Source: Octopus sinensis (taxonomy: Eukaryota). From it: a DNA stretch of 64,000 nt. Below are positions 54,246 to 64,000 of this stretch, one piece after another. The notes beneath the pieces were generated by a model. That model was given only the letters and a program-made list of their open reading frames with translations, did no database searches and had not been told where the DNA came from. Made by a program: the position numbers and the translations under genes. Position 1 is the first letter of the stretch; every line of letters begins with the position of its first letter. Location: positions 15,996,001-16,060,000 of the forward strand of contig NC_043002.1 in the NCBI RefSeq assembly GCF_006345805.1, read 5' to 3'.

Positions 54246-54853
54246 AATAATAATGAATGATGATGATGATGAAGATGATGATGAGGATGATGATGATGAG
54301 GATGATGAGGATGAGGATGATGATGATGATGATAGTCATAATAATAATAATGATAATAATAATTGAGGACGGTACGGCGAACTATAATTTGAGATTGGTT
54401 AAAAATGGCATGATGGAAAATAACGAAACTAAGGCAAGAAATGACATGTCATTGTTATTCTGAGACCTCCTTCCAAATTTAAGGCCATGCTGACCAATAA
54501 AGCAAGGATTGTCTTCCGTCGTACTTCCTTACAACGTTGCTGAAAAGCAGCTCTTCCCACTCTAAAGTAACGTGTGTTTGTATGTGAACCTTGAGAAATT
54601 TGATAACGGCTTAAGGAAGATGGATGGTGTCTGATTTCAGCTTATTATATCTCGTCCACAACTTAAGATCTGCCGACAAATCTACCATCAAGAAAAGAAC
54701 TTCTTTTCTAAAGGGCATGCAGTGCTTATCTGTCAGAAAGTGTCCCAGAATGACCTCATGTTAGACGCCTAGGATAACCGTATACACTACACAGGAGATA
54801 GAATGGTTTCCACATAATTCCCTAAATGCACAATTCTTAGGATCTAGGTTTGT

Positions 54854-55191
54854 CTCTTTTACTCTTTTACTCTTTTACTTGTTTCAGTCATTTGACTGTG
54901 GCCATGCTGGAACACCGCCTTTTAGTCGAACAAATCCACTCCGGGACTTATTCTTTGTAAGACTAGTACTTATTCTATCGGTCTCTTTCGACGAACCGCT
55001 AACTTACGGGGATGTAAACACACCAGCATCGATTGTTAAGCAATGTTGAGGGGACAAAAACAAAAACACCAACATACACACACACATACACACACGCGCG
55101 CGCGCACACCAGGCTATAGTAGAAGACACTTGCCCTTGGTACCACGCAGTGGGACTGAACCCGGAACCATGTGGTCGGTAAGCAAGCTACT
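54854..55191 (-). mobile_element. SINE family B with internal deletion
   Basis: Tail, 3' half and head present; the segment between the microsatellite and aggctatagtagaag is missing. Confidence 0.88.
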
Positions 55192-55719
55192 TCAGTAAGT
55201 TTGCGAGGCCTTTCTAATAAAGCCACAGATTTCAGATGTGCATCGAAGATGACGTTCTATTTACTCTCTAGAATAGAAGAACCGGATAGTTATCCCCTTA
55301 GTGATATATAGTACACTATTGTATTTGAAGAATCATGAATAATCGTCAAAAATGTCTTAGTCTATTTTGCGGAAGTTTCGCGTTATAAACTATTGGTACA
55401 AGCAGAAAGGAAAAAACTAACTTGGCCATGAAATCGTAGGGAATTGTTGTTTTGAAACAATATCAAGAGGCATGGATATTGCATCAATCGGGTCAGCATA
55501 GAGTTGTCCTGTGTCCAAGCGTTATGACTTATGGAAATATGTCTATCACGGGTGGGGAAATCTCGTATGTTTCTCGAGTTTATCTTTAGTTGGCTCGCCA
55601 TGTTTTATTTAGCTGCAAAATACTTCTATATCTCCTGACTCCACTTGCTAGGGTGAAAAAGTTTTGTGACAATGAAGACTATAAATCAGAAATCATGAGA
55701 TCCTAGAGCTTAACATTCT

Positions 55720-55816
55720 TCTTCTTTTTCTTCTTCTTCTTCTTCTTCTTCTTCTTCTTCTTCTTCTTCTTCTTCTTCTTCTTCTTCTTCTTCTTCTTCA
55801 TCATCATCTTCTTCTT

Positions 55817-55895
<79 letters not shown>
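55720..55895. repeat. (TTC)n followed by (TTA)n microsatellite
   Basis: Direct reading. Confidence 0.95.
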
Positions 55896-55896
<1 letters not shown>

Positions 55897-56486
55897 TTTT
55901 TTTTTCTTCTTTCAAATTTGCTTCCATTTCTTGCCGGGTGTCTTCCCGACTCCTAGGGCAAAGAAACTCATAGTATACATTGGTAGGCCATTAAACTATA
56001 CTCAATAGTTTGTTCGTTTTTTTTTAAAGTTAAATTAAAATACATGGGTAGTAATAGTTCTCACATCGACAGTGCTCTTCTCAATACGTGTGATGTACCA
56101 GTTAAGACAATCTTTTGCACTTCTTGCAGGGATGGTAAGCCAGGGATCATTCTCATATAATTTTCGGTTCCCTTCTTGATCATTCCTAGTGCTCCTACGA
56201 TCACTGGTATTGTAACCGCCTTGAGATGCCACATTTTCTCAATTTCAATGAGTAGGTCTTTATATTTTCTGAGCTTGTCAAACTCTTTCGCTGAGATATT
56301 ATGATCACAGGGGATGCTCATGTCGATCAATAAGCAAACTTTATTGTTTTGGTCTTTCACAACAATATCTGGTTTATTAGCCTTGATGGTTCGGTCTGTA
56401 TGTACTGGAAAGTCCCACAGAATGGTTACATTTTCTCCTTCAGTTACAGCCTCAGGGTGGTGATTATACCACTTGTCGGCAGTATT
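55896..56486 (-). mobile_element. R4/Dong-like retrotransposon, 5'-truncated, apparently young, inside (AAT)n
   Basis: Uninterrupted coding frame plus ~165-nt 3' UTR; (AAT)n on both sides. Confidence 0.9.
56061..56486 (-). pseudogene. Restriction-like endonuclease domain fragment of the R4/Dong ORF (~141 open codons, no start)
   Basis: KWYNHHPEAVTEGENVTILWDFPVHTDRTIKANKPDIVVKDQNNKVCLLIDMSIP...KEFDKLRKYKDL...IPVIVGALG...QKIVLTGT: PD..D..K REL signature. Confidence 0.88.
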
Positions 56487-56501
56487 ATTATTATCATTAT
56501 A

Positions 56502-56544
<43 letters not shown>

Positions 56545-56546
56545 TA

Positions 56547-56580
<34 letters not shown>

Positions 56581-56595
56581 TTCATTACCATTATA

Positions 56596-56649
<54 letters not shown>

Positions 56650-56650
56650 T

Positions 56651-57566
56651 AGAGGGCGATTCGATTGCATGATATTTTAATAGTTGAACGATATTTCAAC
56701 AGTACGTCTGTCTTTGTCAAGTGCAGAATAAGAAGTGATAAAAATTCAAAATTACAGAAATTTAAACGTAAAGTATGAACGAGAGCAACCAGCGACCATA
56801 CGTTGATGGATGATATCATCAGATTTTAAGTTACAATTTCATAACAGGCGAAATGAAATAGAAAAAAACTACCGCAAGAGAAGTAAGCACTGTTCATTGT
56901 GCAACATGAGTGAAGTGAATTCCATCAGAAATCATAACAGAAATGTTATGATTTATACAGAAGGTGGAACATGTAACGATTCCCATTTGCTGTACGAGGC
57001 AGAATTCATAAGACACAACACAATTTATGTTGGTTGAACAACAGAACAATTACACAAAATGTTTAATAGGCACAGATACGACGTTAGGCACAATTTCGTT
57101 TCAAGCGGCTGCAATTTTGAGGAAGACTTGAAAGTGCATAGTCTCAGAAAATATTCTGAATCTGCTTGGCTTTCACTTCTCAGAATGTATGAGGAGAAAT
57201 ATGGTTGAGGGTTATTAACATCACGCCCTGGAGGAAGGAATAAGATGACAGGAGATTATATTATCAAATTTATACAAGACTTTTTGATGAAATATTCTTC
57301 TTTCTCTCTTTTTTTTCCTTTTTACTGTCTTCTTCTTTTTTCAATTTTTTTGCTGTCTTTTTCTTTTCCCCTGTTATAAAATTGTAACTTAAAAACTGAT
57401 GATGTCATTCCATCAACGTGTAGACACTGGTTGCTCTCCTTCATACTTTACGTTTAAAGTTCTGTAATTTTGAATTTTTATCAATTCTTATTTTGAACTT
57501 GACAAAGATAGACGTAATGTTGAAATCGTTCAACTTATAAAATATCCTACAATCGCATTGCGCTCT
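56651..57566 (+). mobile_element. Penelope-like element: inverted 5' pLTR, GIY-YIG remnant, 3' pLTR
   Basis: CSLC...TCNDSHLLYEAE...IYVG*TTEQLHKMFNRHRY is GIY-YIG-like; ~200-bp arms at ~56651-56860 and ~57355-57566 are reverse complements. Confidence 0.8.
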
Positions 57567-57646
57567 TCGTCTTGACTCTTTTACTATGTGAAGATTTACG
57601 TCAATCCTTTTATAAAATATATATTATTATTATTATTATTATTATT

Positions 57647-57818
57647 CAGTAGTTTTATTTTTATAGTATGCTTTCACTTCACTACCGAGAGCAGCTCTGT
57701 GTGCCTTGGGTATGTGCTGTGATTTGTTGTGATGCTCTGATGGTTATTGTAAGGAAAGTGTTCTGCGTAGGATGTCTGCAGTGCCTAGTAGTGCAATTTT
57801 CTGCAATTTTCTGTATGT
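57647..57818 (-). mobile_element. R4/Dong-like extreme 3' end inside (AAT)n/(AAC)n
   Basis: LQKIALLGTADILRRTLSLQ* plus a 3' UTR nearly identical to 22133-22240. Confidence 0.85.
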
Positions 57819-57819
57819 T

Positions 57820-57820
57820 G

Positions 57821-57887
<67 letters not shown>

Positions 57888-57950
57888 CATCGTTGTTGTT
57901 GTTGATATTATTATCATCATCATTATTATTATCATTATTATTATTATTAT

Positions 57951-57984
<34 letters not shown>

Positions 57985-58230
57985 TGTTGTACCAGTAGTA
58001 GTAGTAGTGGTAGTAGTAGTTGATTGAGTGAGAGCGCAGCATATTTTCAGTAGCTCACCAAGACAAAACGTATTATAATTACTGTTGTCGTCAACGTCGT
58101 CTTCGTCGTACTTCTGCACCTCCATCTCCTCCTCTTCCTCCTCGTCCTCCACCTCATCCTCCTCCTCCTACTCCTCCTCCTACTCATCATCATCATCACC
58201 ACCATCATCATCACCATAATCATCAGTATC
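57820..58230. repeat. Compound (ATT)n/(AGT)n/(CCT)n/(CAT)n microsatellites
   Basis: Direct reading. Confidence 0.85.
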
Positions 58231-58995
58231 ATCACTATTGTCGTTCTCTGACACTGGGCAAATGTTAATGTCAGATTTTTGTCTTCATTTACAAGCGCGT
58301 AGTAAGTAATTACCAAAGGTTTCAATTAAGTCTTTCTCCTGTGTCTTTTCTTTGCATAGTTGTTTTCTGCATCACAGCAAGCCTTATTGTTACTTCAGTA
58401 TACTCGATGTGCATTCAAGAACCCCTGAAGGACTGTTCCTCATGTTGAATGTACAACCGGTATCACTCTCACTTTCCTCATGCCCCAGAACATTCTTATC
58501 ACTCCTTCGTTTGTTAGTATTTATATCATGTTTCTTACTCCCTTATCTTTCGCCTCCCTGATATCACAACATATATGATCTTAATTTCTTGACTATCTTC
58601 ATCAATGAACACAATATCTGGCTGAAAGGACTCTATGTCGTAGTCACATTGTGTATAATATCTCAGGTGTTTTTTTTATATTTCTCACAATCTCATACTC
58701 CCTCTTACCTGTACTCATACAAACGCTTCACTCTCTAGAGGTTTCTTTCATCGCTCAACTGTCAGTGGACTTACCTAACCACGTTGTTACACCTGCATTT
58801 ATATTCGTACTGTGTGAGCTAATTGCACTCATTACAATGTATCTTATGATTTCTCTTTGTTCAGAACACTTCTCCGTATTGGAGAATCGGTGTTTTATTA
58901 ATACGGTGAAATCTGTTGTGATTTTTTTTGCTATACACACTCATAGCCAAGTGCTTCCTTCCAGTTTGCTCTTCTGCAGAAATTTCCAATCAATC
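58230..58995 (-). mobile_element. R4/Dong-like retrotransposon, heavily decayed 3' part
   Basis: Minus-strand remnants QCDYDIESFQPDIVFIDE, GMRKVRVIPVV and AVMQK match the REL domain; (AAT)n upstream at ~59030-59100. Confidence 0.6.
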
Positions 58996-59055
58996 TAGTT
59001 CATCTCATCATCATCAGCAACATCATCTGTATTATTATTATTATTATTATTATTA

Positions 59056-59101
<46 letters not shown>

Positions 59102-59129
59102 TTTAGTAGTAGTAGTAGTAGTAGTAGTA

Positions 59130-59176
<47 letters not shown>

Positions 59177-60383
59177 ATGGTGGTGGTGGTGGTGGTGGTG
59201 GTGGTTGTGACAGTAGCAGCAACTGCATTTTCATGGATGGCGAATTTCGCGATATCATATTCTAAATATTAAACGACAAATAACAACGTTTCTTTAGATT
59301 CATATTTCAAATTTTGCAGGAGGCAATGTAGGTTTTTATCTGAGATCGATAAAATATTGTTACATTCAAGTATTGATGGTCGATTTATTCTTCACATTTC
59401 TTTGCCAAAAAATGGTGGCCACGTTCCAATACAAGAAATCTTATTTATATTTATAAATCGATTGCAAGATTTCTGTATTGGAGGCAATGTTCCTTTGCGT
59501 ATAGTAAAAATGCAAAAATCTGCTGTGCTATATAAATATATCACATTTCCGTGATCAAAATCCAATGACCGCAATAGTACACATGACAGAACAAATTATT
59601 TAACTCCTTCCTATTTTCGTATTACAATAATCCAAAATATATTTCCTATCGTGATCTGAAAGATTTTCTTAAAAAAGGACTTAATTTTAAAATCAATCCT
59701 CTATTACATGTAAGGATTTCTAACCATTGTTCCCTCTGCCGCTATCTTCCACTACACCATCACCTATCCCTTGCTGTACGGCTATCTGTGCATCAATTTA
59801 TTACGGTCTCTCTTCTCAGCTTCTATATGTGTATGCGTATTAATACACATTAACACACGTATTGTAAAGTAAACCAATGAGTAATTTATATAGTCGACAA
59901 CATCGACAGAGAAATAGACTTAGGAACATCGTAACAGCGAATCCTCAGCCTCGAATGTGCCCAGAACACATCGTTATAAAGCTCGTGCAACAACGTAGCA
60001 AATTTTTAGCTATAATTTCAGTTAGGTAAATAGTATGAAATTTAATTTAAATGTATACATCTCTTTCAATACTAAGCCACTTATATACCCTTCAAAGCAT
60101 GGGTTTTGTAGCTTATCTATTAGCTCGAACAAATAAAGGATGTAAATTATGTTTGCACACACACACACACACACACACATACACCCATAGAAACATAGAC
60201 ACACCCACACGTACATAGACATACACAGATAAACACGCACACATTCATGCAGAAACACGCATGCACATACAAACACACACTCTCACGCACTCACATACAC
60301 ACACATGTGCATGCACGCTAACATTCATACAAATCTAAGTGTGCGAATGTGGTTTACTCTCTTTAAGACTTGTTGTATATATA

Positions 60384-61255
60384 CAGAGTATGATGTGTAA
60401 ATTGTCGACATTTTATATTTTTTATTTCGAGCATGCGCATTGTTAGTTTTTGATTTTATCAACGACTCAGTATAGTAGCGTCCGTTGGGCACCGTCTGTG
60501 AGAAAGGTAGCACCATGATGTAATATACCTCTTCCAGAAATTGAGAAACGACATACCTTACTGCTTGGCATTCGCGCCGAAGCTCCAATACGAACATTTC
60601 AGAGGGCTTGAGGGGGAATCTGAGGACAGAGCAATCTGAGAACATGCACAAACAATGACGAAATCAAACATCCAGCCAACATCATGGTGCTTGGAGTGAT
60701 TACTAGTGATGATGACGTTATGCTTCCTTCACCTTCGCACACCGCCTGAAACTCAACACGGAGGACTACATAAAGTGCCTGGAGTCGGTAGTGATGCCAT
60801 GGGCCAAGAGAGTGGCTGTTGAAAGGACTCTGCATCATGCCATACAAGAAGGAGCACCCAGCCATTGTTGTCAGACAATTTCTGCGACCACATCACTCCC
60901 TAACATCTGGCCACTTAACTCACCAGGCCGCAACCCCATTGATTATTATGTATGGGGCGCAGATGTGTGATAGACCATCAGAACTCCTTGTTAGACCAAA
61001 GATGAAATGAAGTGAAGGACTATGAGAGCATTAGGCGACTTATAGAAAGAGAACGCCCAGAAGAGTTTCAGTAGATCCGATGTCATCTGGAGGATGTGGT
61101 TTAGCAAATGGCAATTTTATGGAACAAATTTACACTTTTAAATTTCAAAATATATGTTTAAAATATATATATTTAAAATATATATTTAAAAATAATTTAG
61201 TGTTATTTTCATCCTTCCGTAATTTAGATGACAGTTTATTCACAGCATACATACA
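60384..61255 (+). mobile_element. Tc1/mariner DNA transposon, internally deleted, both TIRs recognisable
   Basis: N-terminus PEIEKRH..LLGIRA..SNTNISE; catalytic part KHPANIMVLGVITSD...LNTEDYIKCLESVVMPW...IWPLNSPGRNPIDYYVWGA; TA then cagagtatgatgtgtaaattgtc versus gacagtttattcacagcatac at ~61230-61250. Confidence 0.85.
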
Positions 61256-61520
61256 TGCTTTACTGAATGGAGAGTGACAAAAATGTGTGCGGTCGGCGAA
61301 TATAAATAAAAATTCGTATTATTTCTAGGAAGAACGCCAGAAAAACGGACAACATAGCATTCGAGTTTGGAACTTTTCAAAATACGTTTTTATCGTAAAA
61401 CTCATTTCTTCCTCCGCTAGAAATACCCCAAACCTAAATTTTGAAATATCCACTACATTATTTAAAATTCTACATTTATATTGCATTATTTCACTGGAAA
61501 AATAATATTGCATTGTAAAT

Positions 61521-61522
<2 letters not shown>
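61256..61522 (+). repeat. Unclassified ~265-bp repeat, copy 1, followed by (AAT)n
   Basis: Colinear similarity to 63637-63900 (ctaggaagaacgccagaaa, tcgagtttg, ttttatcgtaaaactc, aaaaataatattgcatt). Confidence 0.8.
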
Positions 61523-61593
<71 letters not shown>

Positions 61594-61682
61594 TAATAAT
61601 AATAATAATAATATATAATAATAATAATATAATAATAATAATAATAATAATAAAATAATAATAATAAAATAATAATAATAAT

Positions 61683-62140
61683 AGCCTCCTTATTGATATG
61701 ACTGTCCCAATCGATATAAACGTATCTGTCAAGATCTACCAAAAACTGACCAAATATAAAGATCTTGAAATAGAAATCAGCAATATGTGGAAGCTGAAGA
61801 CTAAAAGAATACCTGTTGTCATAGGTGCCCTGGGAATGATAGCGAAAGGGATTGATTGCTACGTAACTCAGATACCAGGAAACCCCAAAATGGCAGAAAT
61901 TCAAAAGATAGTGCTCATGGGAACTGCTCATATCCTACGCAAAATACTCTCTATGTAATCCCAAGGTTTAAAACAAACTTTTTTTTTGTTTATTTTTTTT
62001 TTATGTATTAGACATTCACTAGTACAACACCAAAAAAACCCCAAATATATGGCACAGAACTTCCAACCTGTTGTCTCTTGAGGTCTCTGGGTGAGACTTG
62101 GATCCAACTTGTACAGACATAAAGTAAAAGTCAAACATAG
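61683..62140 (+). mobile_element. R4/Dong-like retrotransposon, 5'-truncated, inside (AAT)n
   Basis: SLLIDMTVPIDINVSVKIYQKLTKYKDLEIEISNMWKL...IPVVIGALG...IQKIVLMGTAHILRKILSM*; (AAT)n at 61522-61682 and 62141-62220. Confidence 0.9.
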
Positions 62141-62153
62141 AATAATAATAATA

Positions 62154-62220
<67 letters not shown>

Positions 62221-62224
62221 TCAT

Positions 62225-62370
62225 CGAAAAGTAGCTGAGGAATGAGAACTCAGGTTCAAACTTTCCGAAAGACACCTGATAAATGCTGGAGGGTGTATCA
62301 GCCGAAACGTTGTGTTAACAACAACCAAGATGAGTACAAATATCCGTCAAATTAAAATTATGTAAATTAT
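62225..62370 (+). mobile_element. PLE pLTR remnant with minimal hammerhead-like motif (62271-62316)
   Basis: gacac-ctgataa-a-tgctg...cagcc-gaaac-gtt-gtgtt. Confidence 0.65.
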
Positions 62371-62384
62371 ATATACATATATAC

Positions 62385-62431
62385 ATGCATGTGTGTGTAC
62401 GTATGTATGAACATATGTATATGTATGTATA

Positions 62432-62492
<61 letters not shown>

Positions 62493-62504
62493 GTATATAT
62501 ATGT

Positions 62505-62540
<36 letters not shown>
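62385..62540. repeat. (TATG)n/(TA)n microsatellite
   Basis: Direct reading. Confidence 0.92.
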
Positions 62541-62543
<3 letters not shown>

Positions 62544-62559
62544 TGAGTGTATTTTTACC

Positions 62560-62860
62560 TAGTTAACAATTAACACGGAAAAAATAAATAAATAGTTACC
62601 AGGGTAGCAAAAATCTCACAAGTAAAGATGTTGTAACTCCTTGTTTATAAAGGTAGAAACTTCGTGTTTACGTGGAATATTTTGAATAATATATGAATAA
62701 ATAAATGGAGTTTACGGTAGGTGTAAATCAAATACTTTTACTTTCGACACATGTTTCGAAAATTCCACTGATACTATTCAAAAGAATAAATGGTATAAAC
62801 AATGCAATCTTCTCTTCGGGAAAGTGAATAAAACGAACACATTTTATATAATTCCCAGAC
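62560..62860 (-). mobile_element. PLE pLTR-like remnant with type I hammerhead-like motif (62740-62825)
   Basis: Minus strand actttc-ccgaaga-gaa...ttc-gaaac-atgt-gtc-gaaagt. Confidence 0.65.
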
Positions 62861-63636
62861 GTTGTCTCTGCTCCGAGGAATCCCTCTATATTCTCTGGAC
62901 TAAAGAGAAGATCATTAGAAGAATTTCTGAAAGACTCTGGAGATAACTACACGCATATCACTGTACTTTCGCACAATTTTGCGGGAATGAATTTGAGTAA
63001 CTGTTAACATAATTTACTTTAAGGTATGGATAAATGAAATTTACTTTTAACCTCTCCATTCATGTAAACAACAAATAGAAATTTAACTTGCTCTCTGATT
63101 TTGAGTGCACTATAACACACGTGTGCGTATGCATATATTTTCGCGCTTGCTTCTATGAGCGAGTGTGCACGCGCTATGCACCTTCCTTGAGGGCTTTCAT
63201 AAATCCATATTTCTTAACGGTTATTTCAATACTTTTCAAGGTGTATTTTGTATTCGTTTCTTTTATACATCTGTGATTTTTTAAAAATATTCTATGTAAA
63301 TGAAAATAGTTCCTTCGTTTTGCTGCTTTTCTTTCTATTATATGAGAAGATACATTGCGGGACTCATATTTAACAAGTTGTATTTATTCATCACCCGTTC
63401 AGACACATCTGCATAGCCGAATGCTTCTAAACCAGTGATAGATGCCAGATCTGTCGAAACAATTGTCGTGATCAATAATATATTCCCGCATATTCTATCT
63501 TCCGTCTTTCATTTACCATATATATATATATTTGTTTGTCTGTGTGAGTGTTTATATATATCGGAAATTGTGGCATAACAAGGCACCAGTTTCTGCTGGA
63601 AATAGCAGTACAACATAACAGTTCGACGCTAAGTAA

Positions 63637-63900
63637 AGCTTCACTGAATGTAGATCGGCACAAGTGTGCGCAGTCGGCGATTATCAAAACAAATCATATT
63701 ATCTCTAGGAAGAACGCCAGAAATACAGACAACCTATCACTCGAGTTTGAAATTTTTCAGAATATTTTTTATCGTAAAACTCGTTTCTCTTCCTCCGATA
63801 GGTCTACCCAAAACATATATTTAAAATATCCGCTACTTTATTTATAATTCAATATTTACATTGCTTTCTTTTGCTGAAAAATAATATTGCATTTTAATAA
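63637..63900 (+). repeat. Unclassified ~265-bp repeat, copy 2, followed by (AAC)n(AAT)n
   Basis: See 61256-61522. Confidence 0.8.
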
Positions 63901-63938
63901 GAACAGCAACAACAACAACAATAATAACAATAATGATA

Positions 63939-63970
<32 letters not shown>

Positions 63971-64000
63971 GATGATATATTCATATTTGTGTTGGTGGGT

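Noticed and set aside
63432-63470. gataga/tctgtc-gaaac-aatt-gtc hammerhead-like 3' half
   Set aside because: The CUGANGA core and stem I are missing.

Overview
AT-rich, microsatellite-dense animal DNA with no recognisable intact host gene, tRNA, rRNA or CRISPR array. It is intergenic or deep intronic, with one 100-N scaffold gap at 33045-33144. The SINE families and SSR load look like an octopus (coleoid cephalopod) genome, but this is an inference. Nearly all supplied ORFs are microsatellite translations or transposon remnants. Identifiable content: (1) about 30 copies or fragments of four tRNA-headed SINE families (labelled A, B, D, E here); (2) four CR1-group LINE remnants, three of which end in the same ~39-nt 3' hairpin as SINE B; (3) seven R4/Dong-like non-LTR retrotransposon fragments of several subfamilies, most embedded in (AAT)n arrays; (4) several Penelope-like element (PLE) remnants, with type I hammerhead ribozyme motifs from at least four unrelated families (one at 7482-7534 keeps a complete catalytic core); (5) two Helentron-associated/DINE-1-like elements; (6) an internally deleted Tc1/mariner element with both TIRs; (7) an unexplained ~265-bp direct repeat. 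All calls come from manual reading and translation. No database search was run, and boundaries of decayed elements are approximate.
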